Shown here piece by piece: positions 22,194 to 30,304 of a stretch of DNA of 64,000 nucleotides. Each line of letters opens with the position of its first letter. Positions within the stretch are counted from its first letter, which is position 1. The position numbers and the translations under genes are program-made. The DNA is taken from assembly GCA_047602545.1 (NCBI GenBank), contig JASGHC010000003.1:88266-152265 (forward strand). Reading direction: 5' to 3'. The notes below the pieces were generated by a model, which searched no databases, was not told where the DNA came from, and was given only the letters and a program-made list of their open reading frames with translations. The DNA comes from Micropruina sp. (GTDB lineage: Bacteria; Actinomycetota; Actinomycetes; Propionibacteriales; Propionibacteriaceae).

Positions 22194-22931
22194 TGACAGT
22201 TTCCGCGACCGGCCCGGCCGGGGATAAATCCCGTAGCCAGACTGATCGACTGATTCATGAAAACCACGGTAGAGACCGGCTCTGACAGTTTTCGGCCCCG
22301 GTGGGAGAGCGGGCGAAATTCCTTGGAGCTGACAACACTCGCGCCATTTTTGACAACACCTGTGACAACACCTTTCCGATCGGCAAAGGTTGCGGAAATC
22401 AACAGCGCCGAGGAATCGCCACAGGCCTGATCTCGCTCGGGCCGTCGCGAAATTCCGCCCGGATGAAGCTCATCGCCACCTCGCAGCGTCACGCCAACCT
22501 TGCGAGCACCAGGTGTCCATCGGACCGAGCTCCCGGCGTACCCACCACCTGAGCCAGTAACGCGCAATCTCCTCAGTACTCAGGGTGCGGAACTGGTGCA
22601 AGGCGGAGTCGAGATCGTCGGTGGCGTACTCGTGAGCGAGCTTGGCGAGATCCCGTCGGCTGCGGTGCTTCTTCGCCGCTCGTTGAGCCGGATCCGATTG
22701 GTCAACCTTAGGTCTAGACCCTGGTGCGTGCCTCGTGGAGGCGCTGGCGAGTGTCACAAGCTTCCGACTCCCCGTTGCCCGAGTTCGTCGAGACCGTTTC
22801 GCGCGCGCTGGCCCGGTGTGGCGTAGGTCGCGGGCGGATGTCAGGTGAATTCTTAGTCATCCTGTGGATAACTCTCCATCGGGTCGCGGGGCGTGTCAGA
22901 CTCGGCGGAATCGTTCCCTGGGGGAGGCCCG

Positions 22932-23547
22932 ATGAAGTACCTGTTGGTTCCGGTCGTGGTGCTGTTGTTGGTCGGATGTACGCAGACCGTGGCACCGTCG
23001 GCCAGTCAGTCTGCCCAGCCTGCGCCGTCTGTTCCGTTCAACAGAGACGCCGAGTGCGGGTCCGACGTGTGCGCCGATGGGAGGCGCTCCTTACCCGTGC
23101 TCTGCTGAGGAGTATCAGAAGGTTCAAGAGCAGAACCAGCTGACTGAGGACGCGATCGCGCTCTACAGACGGTGGAACAAGGAAAGCACCCGGTTGTATC
23201 GCACTGGTGGGACGACTACGCCGACGCGTGAGATGCGGGAGATCATGGCCGGCGATGCGCTCAAGAGTGGCTTGGGGATCTTTCAAGATCTGAAGGCTGC
23301 TAAGGCGAAGGCAGTTTCCGGAGAAATACAGATAGTCCGAATCGGCCCGGATCCTAGTCGACAGGCGCAGCCGGGCAGCGTGGCGATTGTGGCTTGTCTG
23401 GATGGCCGCTCGCTCAAGTTTGAGCGTCAAGGGAAGCGGATTGGTAGTGGGGTGCGATTCACGGAGTATGTAACGTCCGCGCCCGTGAATGGAAAGCTGC
23501 GGATGGTGTTAGCAACCTCTGAAGGTGTCGAGTCATGTCAGTCGTGA
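22932..23547 (+). pseudogene. Lipoprotein, cassette copy 2, apparently frameshifted
   Basis: The signal-peptide frame (MKYLLVPVVVLLLVGC) terminates at 23108. The homologous C-terminal domain continues in another frame (23077..23547). Confidence 0.55.
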
Positions 23548-24353
23548 GCCTGCTTAGGGCTCTTGCTGGGGGTCTATGCATAATGCTGGCGGTGTGCGTT
23601 GGGTCCGCGGCCGCTGAGGAGCGGGATAAGCCACCCACTGGCAAGCCCAAGGTCAATATCTCTATCGGCAAGGGTGTTGCCGACGGCTATTTCAGTTCCT
23701 TTACGCGGGACTCCCGCGGGCCGGGGGCTAAGAAGCGGGATTGGATCGGGAAGAATAACAGCAAGAAGGAGATCCCGGAGAAGGATCGCCGCACGATCGT
23801 GTTGGAGTGTTGGGAGAGGACTCAGGATGATTCGTGTTTCGATCTGGATGGTCCCAGTGGTGTGGTGATGTTGACTGGTCCGTTGGCTCGGGCGATGGCG
23901 GTGAATTTGGTGGCGCGGTTGCGGTTTCCGGCGCCGGCGCCGGTCTTTGGTCCGGATCCGAGCAAGAACGAGTGGAGGATGCTGGCGGTTGGGTTCCCGG
24001 TGTGGTTGTGGACGGAGGGGCCGACGACGGTGTCCACGTTGACGAGCTCGAACGGTTTTACTTTCCGGATGACGGCGCGGTGGCGTTCGACGACTTTCCA
24101 CATGGGTGATGGTGATTCGGTGACTTGTACGGCGATGACGAAGTATTCTGCGTCGGTGAAGTCGGGGACGGCGTCCCCGGATTGTGGTCATGTGTATGCC
24201 AAGCCGTCTTTGCCGAAGGGCAAGTACCAGGTGCGGGCGGTTGCTGATTGGGATGTTGCGTGGTCGGTTGCGGGGTTCTCTGGTGTGATTCCGGCCTATA
24301 ACGAGGCGTCGGCCAGCATCCCGATCGGTGAGCTGTCCGCCCTCAACCGCTAG
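23535..24353 (+). CDS. Secreted protein of unknown function (cassette copy 2, gene 2)
   Basis: The signal peptide reads MSVVSLLRALAGGLCIMLAVCVGSAAA/E. This is a paralogue of 19274..20119. Confidence 0.65.
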   Translation: MSVVSLLRALAGGLCIMLAVCVGSAAAEERDKPPTGKPKVNISIGKGVADGYFSSFTRDSRGPGAKKRDWIGKNNSKKEIPEKDRRTIVLECWERTQDDSCFDLDGPSGVVMLTGPLARAMAVNLVARLRFPAPAPVFGPDPSKNEWRMLAVGFPVWLWTEGPTTVSTLTSSNGFTFRMTARWRSTTFHMGDGDSVTCTAMTKYSASVKSGTASPDCGHVYAKPSLPKGKYQVRAVADWDVAWSVAGFSGVIPAYNEASASIPIGELSALNR

Positions 24354-24546
24354 CGAAGCCCTGATCATCGCAACCATTGCTGGTTGAGCTTGTAGAAACC
24401 CTGCCGAGCGGTCTCGACGAGCTCCGACCATCAGACCTGACTTTCACACCTCGTGCTGATCTTCGGGTCTTGCAGCGCATCATGCCTTGTCAGAGGGTTA
24501 CGGTGGGTGGGTCGGGGGCACTAATCGGACGGTAGGATCAGGGGTT

Positions 24547-25221
24547 GTGAGCCCGTTTCTGCGGAAGGTGAAGACCGCTTCGGGTGCGGTGGCGGTGCAG
24601 ATCGTGGAGAAGAAGCACGGCCAGCGGCGGATCGTGGAGCATCTCGGCTCGGCTCACAGCCAGGGCGAGTTGGCCGCTCTGGTCGAGATCGGCACCCAGA
24701 AACTCAACGCCGGGCAGGAGCAGCTTGATCTTGGCCTGGACGAGCAAGGAGCGCCGGCCGGTGTCGCGGTCGTGCAGGGCTCAACGTCACAGCTGCTGAT
24801 CGATGTGATTCGTGGGTCGTGGGAGCGGCTCGGGTTCGGCGTGATCGGCGATGAGGCGTTCTTCCAGCTGGTGCTGGCCCGGTTGGTGGAGCCCACCTCG
24901 AAACTCGACAGCCTCCGCGTGATCAACGAGCTCGGGATCACACCGTCTCATCACAACACTTACTACAAGGCGTTGAAACGGTGCGCCGGCAAGGATTACC
25001 GAGCACAGCTTGCCGCTGCCTGTTTCCAGCATGTCTGGAGTGATGCTGGTGGGGATGTGAGCCTCTTGCTTTACGACACCACCACCCTCTATTTCGAGGC
25101 CGAGAAAGAAGACGGACTACGGAAAGTGGGCTACTCGAAGGAGCGGAGGGTTGATCCGCAGATCGTGGTCGGTCTGCTGGTGGACGCTTCGGGGTTTCCG
25201 TTGGAGATTGCCTGTTACGAG
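24547..25221 (+). pseudogene. IS1634-family transposase, N-terminal fragment
   Basis: VSPFLRKVKTASGAVAVQIVEKKHGQRRIVEHLGSAH is a typical N-terminus. The reading frame is cut at ...EIACYE by the IS256 insertion. Confidence 0.75.
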
Positions 25222-25258
25222 GAGCTTGTCAAGTTCTCTGTGTAAGTAGTTTCCGGTT

Positions 25259-25504
25259 TTAGTGGTTGTTGATGGCGTGTTCGAGGCCGAAGGCGATGCC
25301 GTCGGTCCAGTTGGCGATGGTGATGGGGTCGTCGGTTTCGTTGAGGCTGAGTGCTTCGGCGCAGGCGGGGGCGGCGGGGTCGCCGCTTTCGAGCCAGGCG
25401 GTGAGGCGTTGCATGGCCAGGAGCGCGTCGCCGATGGCTCGGCGGACGAGCTGCTCGGTCTGCTCGGTGTGCCCGGTCTGGTTGGTCATGAGGGGGCCGT
25501 TCAT
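25259..25504 (-). CDS. Small hypothetical protein (81 aa) inside the IS256-family element, downstream of the transposase gene
   Basis: Its ATG overlaps the transposase stop (ATGA). The product begins MNGPLMTNQTGHTEQTEQLVRR. No family was recognised. Confidence 0.4.
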   Translation of the reverse strand: MNGPLMTNQTGHTEQTEQLVRRAIGDALLAMQRLTAWLESGDPAAPACAEALSLNETDDPITIANWTDGIAFGLEHAINNH

Positions 25505-26904
25505 AGGTAGCGGGTGAGTCGGTCGGGGTAGGCCAGGGCGAGGGCGCCGAGTGCGGCTTTCCAGCCGTGTACGCCTGCTCCTTCGACGAGTCGGCCGGGG
25601 GCTTTGCGTTGGTTGCGGGGCAGGCCGGCTTCTTTGGCGCGTTGCCGGGCTCGTTTGTCCTCGATGTCGCGGATGGCGAGCCAGAGCAGCTTGATCACGG
25701 CGTCGTCGTTGGGGAAGTGGCCGCGGTTCTTGATGATCTTTCGGAGTTGGTAGTTCAACGATTCGATCGCGTTGGTGGTGTAGATGATCCGGCGTAGCTC
25801 GGGTGGGAAGGCCAGGAACGGGATGAACCGTTCCCACGCGTTCTCCCAGGTCGCGACCGTGGCCGGGTACTTGCGGCCCCACTCGGATTCGGTGAAGGCG
25901 AGGAGTTCGAGCTCGGCGGCCTCGCTGGTCGGGGCGGTGTAGATCGGTCGCAGCGCGGCGGCGACCTTCTTGCGGTCGGTGTAGCTGATGAACCGCATCG
26001 AGGCCCGGATCAAGTGGACAACGCAGGTTTGCACGGTTGCTTGCGGCCAGGTCGCCTCGATCGCTTCGGGGAAGCCGGTCAGGCCGTCGCAGCACACGAT
26101 CAGGACGTCACGGATGCCGCGGTTACGCAGTTCGGCGCATACCCCGGCCCAGAACTTCGCGCCCTCGTTGGCCTGGACCCAGATCCCGAGGACGTGTTTC
26201 ACGCCGTCGAGATCGACCCCGACCGCGACGTGAGCGGCCTTGTTGCGGACCTGGTGGCCGTCGCGGACCTTCACCACGAGCGCGTCGAGGTAGATGATCG
26301 GGTAGATCTCCTCCAACGGCCTGGCCTGCCACGCTTTGACCTCCTCGGCGACCGCGTCGGTGATGTTCGAGATGGTTTCGTGGGACAACTCGGTGCCGAT
26401 CGTGCGGGCCAGGTGATGCTGGATGTCGCGCACCGTCATCCCGCCGGCGTAGAGGCTGATGATCATCTCGTCCAGGCCGCCGGCGCGGCGGGCGCCCTTG
26501 GGCACCAGGCGCGGCTCGAAGCTGCCGGTCCGGTCCCGCGGCGTCGCCAACGCGACGTCACCGACCTCGGTCGCGATCGTCTTCGGCGTGGTCCCGTTCC
26601 GGGCATTCGTCCCGTCACCGCGTTGGTGCTTGGCATAGCCCAGGTGATCGGTCAGCTCGGCCTGCAGACCGCGCTCCAGCACCGCCTTGATCATCTCCGG
26701 CAACAAGCCACCCTCACCGGTCAGCTGGAGATCACCGGTCTCGACACGGTCGAACACCGCATCCAACAGACCGGCCTGCACCATCTCCTCGACGGTCTCC
26801 CGCGCCGACGCCGGCGCCACCGGCGATCCGAACGGACCCGGCGCTGCCGCCTGCTCGTCCTTAGTCATAGTCATGGTCATACCTCTCATCGTTCGAGGAA
26901 TCAC
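25501..26904 (-). CDS. IS256-family (mutator-type) transposase
   Basis: 467 aa with hallmark regions (YLDALVVKVR, VCCDGLTGFPEAI, TTNAIESLNYQLRK). Confidence 0.93.
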   Translation of the reverse strand: MIPRTMRGMTMTMTKDEQAAAPGPFGSPVAPASARETVEEMVQAGLLDAVFDRVETGDLQLTGEGGLLPEMIKAVLERGLQAELTDHLGYAKHQRGDGTNARNGTTPKTIATEVGDVALATPRDRTGSFEPRLVPKGARRAGGLDEMIISLYAGGMTVRDIQHHLARTIGTELSHETISNITDAVAEEVKAWQARPLEEIYPIIYLDALVVKVRDGHQVRNKAAHVAVGVDLDGVKHVLGIWVQANEGAKFWAGVCAELRNRGIRDVLIVCCDGLTGFPEAIEATWPQATVQTCVVHLIRASMRFISYTDRKKVAAALRPIYTAPTSEAAELELLAFTESEWGRKYPATVATWENAWERFIPFLAFPPELRRIIYTTNAIESLNYQLRKIIKNRGHFPNDDAVIKLLWLAIRDIEDKRARQRAKEAGLPRNQRKAPGRLVEGAGVHGWKAALGALALAYPDRLTRYL

Positions 26905-26936
26905 TTACACAGACCATCTGACACGCCCGTTACGAG

Positions 26937-27818
26937 GGCAACAAAGCCGAAACAGCGACGATCATCCCGGTCCTGACCGATTTCCAAGCCCGTAACCAGG
27001 TGGCCGACATGGTCGTGGTGGCCGATGCCGGGATGCTGTCCGGGGAGAACCTCCAAGCCATCGCGGACGCGGGCCTGCGGTTCATCGTCGGGTCGCGGAT
27101 GACGAAAGCACCCTATGACTTGGCCAAACACTTCCGGTGGCACGGTGACAGCTTCATCGATGGGCAGATCATCGACACCGTCACGATGCGTGGCCGGCAC
27201 CAGCCCGACCCGGCCCGGGTCAACACCCGACGGGAACCGGTATGGAACGAGAAGACCGACCTTACGACGTGGCGGGCAATCTGGCAGTACTCCCGCAAAC
27301 GCGCCGTCCGCGACAGCCACACGTTGACTGCGCAAACGAATCGGGCCCAAGCGATCATCGACGGTGACCGACCCGCGAAGAAGGCCCGCTTCGTGAAAAC
27401 CGACGGCGCCACACTCACCCTGGATAACACCTCAGTAGAACGGGCCCGCCGACTGGCCGGTCTGAAAGGCTACGTCACCAACATTCCCGCAGCCACGATG
27501 CCAGCCGCCGACATCATTGCCAGCTATCACGACCTGTGGCGGATCGAGCAATCGTTCCGGATGTCCAAAACCGATCTGGCTGCCCGGCCGATCTTTCACC
27601 ACACCCGGGAAGCGATCGAAGCCCACCTGACCATCGTGTTCGCCGCCCTCGCGATCGCCCGCGACCTACAAGCCAGATCCGGACGGAGCCTGCGCAAGCT
27701 CATCACCACACTGAGGCCCCTGCGCCAAGTCACCATCACCATCGGCGGCCACCATCTCGACGCCCAACCCACCATCGACCCAGACACCCGCGAAACCCTC
27801 AACGCGCTGGGGCACTAA
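26937..27818 (+). pseudogene. IS1634-family transposase, C-terminal fragment
   Basis: It continues ...GNKAETATIIPVL...VVVADAGMLS...LWRIEQSFRMSK in frame with the N-terminal fragment once the IS256 element is removed. Confidence 0.75.
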
Positions 27819-27930
27819 AGGTGTGAAAGTCAGGTCAGAATCAGCCACGTCCAGGCACCGAGCTCTCGCAAACTTCGCGGCACGCCGCAACGCTCAGTGT
27901 GGCCCTGGCCGGAGCTGTCGACGAGAGGTT

Positions 27931-28287
27931 TCAGCGTGGCGTTCGCCGCGTTCGCGACGCAATCAACCGCCAGCCCAGCATGCCGATGATCAGGAAGACG
28001 CCGGCGACGACCACGAAGCTGGGCTGGACGCCGTCCCCGGCGCTGGCGCGGATCCACATCCCGAAGACGAGTGTGCCGAGCCAGACGAGCGTACCGTTGA
28101 CCAGTTGCGCGGTCGGGCGTTTCAAGCCGAGCAGGATCAGCGTGGTGCCGATCAGCCCAGCCAGGAACGGCCAGGCTGTAGTCACGACCCCGGCGGGGTC
28201 GGAGGCTTCCGCGTGCGAGAGGCGTCCGATCACGGCGAAGACCAGTACCCAGGCCAGGTCGAGGCCCAGCGTCGTCCACCACTTCAC
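27931..28287 (-). CDS. DUF3054-like small integral membrane protein
   Basis: A GTG start is chosen inside ORF 27931..28635. The product has about 4 hydrophobic helices (VKWWTTLGLDLAWVLVFAVIGRLSH...). A membrane protein neighbours dop in mycobacteria. Confidence 0.65.
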   Translation of the reverse strand: MKWWTTLGLDLAWVLVFAVIGRLSHAEASDPAGVVTTAWPFLAGLIGTTLILLGLKRPTAQLVNGTLVWLGTLVFGMWIRASAGDGVQPSFVVVAGVFLIIGMLGWRLIASRTRRTPR

Positions 28288-28310
28288 GGGGCCAACCCTA
28301 CGATGAGCCC

Positions 28311-29675
28311 ATGCCGCTGCTGGGGACCGAGACCGAATACGGAATCCTGGCGCCGGGAAGGCCTGACCTGCACCCGACGATGCTGTCCGCTGCGGTCGTG
28401 GACGCCCACGCCGGGGCTGCAACGCTGGCACGACTCGACCCGGACGATCCGATCCCGATCGAGGATGCCCACAACCGATTCCTCGGCAACGGTGCCCGGC
28501 TGTACGTCGACCATGCCCACCCGGAGTACTCCACGCCGGAGGTGACCTCGCCATGCGCCGCACTGCTGGCTGACCTGGCCGGCGACGCGACCGTCGCCCG
28601 CGCTGCAGCGGTGGCCGGTGAACGGCTGGGCACACCGGTGCGGGTGTTCAAGAACAACACCGACGGCAAGGGCGCCTCGTACGGTTATCACGAGAACTAC
28701 CTGTTCGACCGGGCTACGCCGTGGGACCGGATCGTCGAAGGAATGCTGGCGTTCCTGGTGACTCGCCTGGTGTTCAGCGGCGCCGGACGGGTCGGTCTCG
28801 GCCAGTCCAGCAGCAGCGCAGGATTCCAGCTGTCGCAGCGGGCCGACTTCTTCGAGACGATCACCGGGCTGGAAACGACGGTGCGGCGTCCGCTGGTGAA
28901 CACCCGGGACGAGCCGCATGCCGATCCGCGCAGGTGGCGCCGGCTTCATGTCATCGCCGGTGACGCGAACCGGTCGGAGACGTCCACGCTGCTCAAGCTC
29001 GGGACGGCCGCGGCTGTGGTTGCGGCGATCGAAACTGGTGCTTTGCGGCCACCCAGGCTGGCGGACCCGCTCGGCGCGGTGCGCACGATCAGTCGGGATC
29101 CGAGCTGCACGGCCACTCTGGAGTTGATCGACGGACGCCGGCTGACCGCCATAGACGTCCAGCGTGAGTATCAGGCTCAGGTTGAGGGTGCGGGTTGTGG
29201 CGATCCCGCGGTGGTCGAGCTGTGGCGCCAAACCCTCAACCAGTTGGCTGACGATCCCTGGTCCTGTGTCGAACTGGATTGGGTGGCCAAGCTCACCCTC
29301 ATGGAGAGCTTCAGGCGGCGCGACAACATCGGCTGGGGCCACCCACGCCTGGCTCAGCTCGATCTCGCCTGGGCCGACCTGGACGATCGGGTCAGTCCCT
29401 ACGCGGCGCTGGTCCGGGCGGGCCGGATGCCCCGGCTCACCACGGACGCCGAGGTCGGGCGCGCTGCGATCGAACCGCCCGGCGACACCCGTGCCTACCT
29501 CCGCGGCCTCCTCGTGGCCGAGCGGGCGTCCGATGTACTGGGTGTCGACTGGTCATGGATTCTGCTGCAGACCCGATCCGGGCGCCGCCGGCTGAGGCTG
29601 GACGACCCGCTGGGCAGCACCGCGGTCGCCATCGCGGACGCCGGAGGTCTGGACGCCGCCGTGGCGTCGCTCTGA
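28311..29675 (+). CDS. dop: Pup deamidase/depupylase Dop
   Basis: 454 aa with GTETEYGI, NGARLYVDHAHPEYSTPE, GFQLSQRADF and NTRDEPHAD...RRLHVIAGDAN. This is the Dop-type rather than the PafA-type pattern. Confidence 0.85.
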   Translation: MPLLGTETEYGILAPGRPDLHPTMLSAAVVDAHAGAATLARLDPDDPIPIEDAHNRFLGNGARLYVDHAHPEYSTPEVTSPCAALLADLAGDATVARAAAVAGERLGTPVRVFKNNTDGKGASYGYHENYLFDRATPWDRIVEGMLAFLVTRLVFSGAGRVGLGQSSSSAGFQLSQRADFFETITGLETTVRRPLVNTRDEPHADPRRWRRLHVIAGDANRSETSTLLKLGTAAAVVAAIETGALRPPRLADPLGAVRTISRDPSCTATLELIDGRRLTAIDVQREYQAQVEGAGCGDPAVVELWRQTLNQLADDPWSCVELDWVAKLTLMESFRRRDNIGWGHPRLAQLDLAWADLDDRVSPYAALVRAGRMPRLTTDAEVGRAAIEPPGDTRAYLRGLLVAERASDVLGVDWSWILLQTRSGRRRLRLDDPLGSTAVAIADAGGLDAAVASL

Positions 29676-29680
29676 CCTCG

Positions 29681-30154
29681 CTAGCGGCCCTGGTCGCGTC
29701 CAGCCAGCCGTGCTGCGCGGCGTTGCTCGGCCTTCGCCCAGCGTGCCTTGTCGAGATCGCTGGTGGGTTCGAACTGCGGAACCGCCATCGCCTTGCCCTG
29801 GTCGTCGAGCGCGACCATCACGAAGTAGCAGCTGGTGGTGTGCCTGCGGACGCCGGTCAGGATGTCCTCGGCCTCGACCCGGATGCCGACCTCGATGGAC
29901 GTCCGTCCGGTGTAGTTCACCGATGCCAGGAAGGTCACCAACTCGCCGACGTGAACCGCACGACGGAACCAGACGCCATCCACTGCCGCGGTCACGCAGT
30001 AGTGCCGGGCGAACCGGCTGGCGCAGGCGTAGGCGACCTGGTCGAGCACTTTGAGCAGATGCCCGCCGTGCACGTTGCCAGCGAAGTTCGCGGTGTCCGG
30101 CGTCATCAGCACGGTCTGCGAGAGGGTCCTGGGCGTGGGTTCGTCCGTCAACAC
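29681..30154 (-). CDS. Acyl-CoA thioesterase (hotdog fold, YciA/BFIT-like)
   Basis: TANFAGNVHGGHLLKVLDQVAYACA...SIEVGIRVEAED. The start is uncertain (GTG at 30154, or the upstream TTG at 30232). Confidence 0.72.
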   Translation of the reverse strand: MLTDEPTPRTLSQTVLMTPDTANFAGNVHGGHLLKVLDQVAYACASRFARHYCVTAAVDGVWFRRAVHVGELVTFLASVNYTGRTSIEVGIRVEAEDILTGVRRHTTSCYFVMVALDDQGKAMAVPQFEPTSDLDKARWAKAEQRRAARLAGRDQGR

Positions 30155-30304
30155 GGCACAACTGTAGAGCCGTCGGCCTCCGGACCCGAAAAGCCCGCGT
30201 CTGCTGGATCCCCTTCGACCGACGCATGGCAAGGAGCCGGCCCCGGCCGATCGCTACGGCTGGCTGCTGGCTGGGAGGACACGGATCCGAAACTCGAATC
30301 CCCG

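Larger units (their letters stand above)
25222..26928 (-). mobile_element. IS256-family insertion sequence (1707 bp) with an 8-bp target-site duplication GTTACGAG
   Basis: Imperfect terminal inverted repeats end in TCTGTGTAAGT / ACTTACACAGA. GTTACGAG occurs at 25214-25221 and 26929-26936. Removing 25222..26936 restores one continuous IS1634 transposase frame. Confidence 0.88.
24431..27839 (+). mobile_element. IS1634-like (IS4 superfamily) insertion sequence, disrupted by a nested IS256-family element
   Basis: Terminal inverted repeats GACCTGACTTTCACACC (24434-24450) and GGTGTGAAAGTCAGGTC (27820-27836) bound it. The transposase ORF is split into two in-frame halves. Confidence 0.75.

Noticed and set aside
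22470-22757. 95-aa minus-strand ORF between the HNH gene and cassette copy 2.
   Set aside because: Part of it overlaps the duplicated leader/repeat region. No start context or family motif was found, so the coding status is undecidable by eye.
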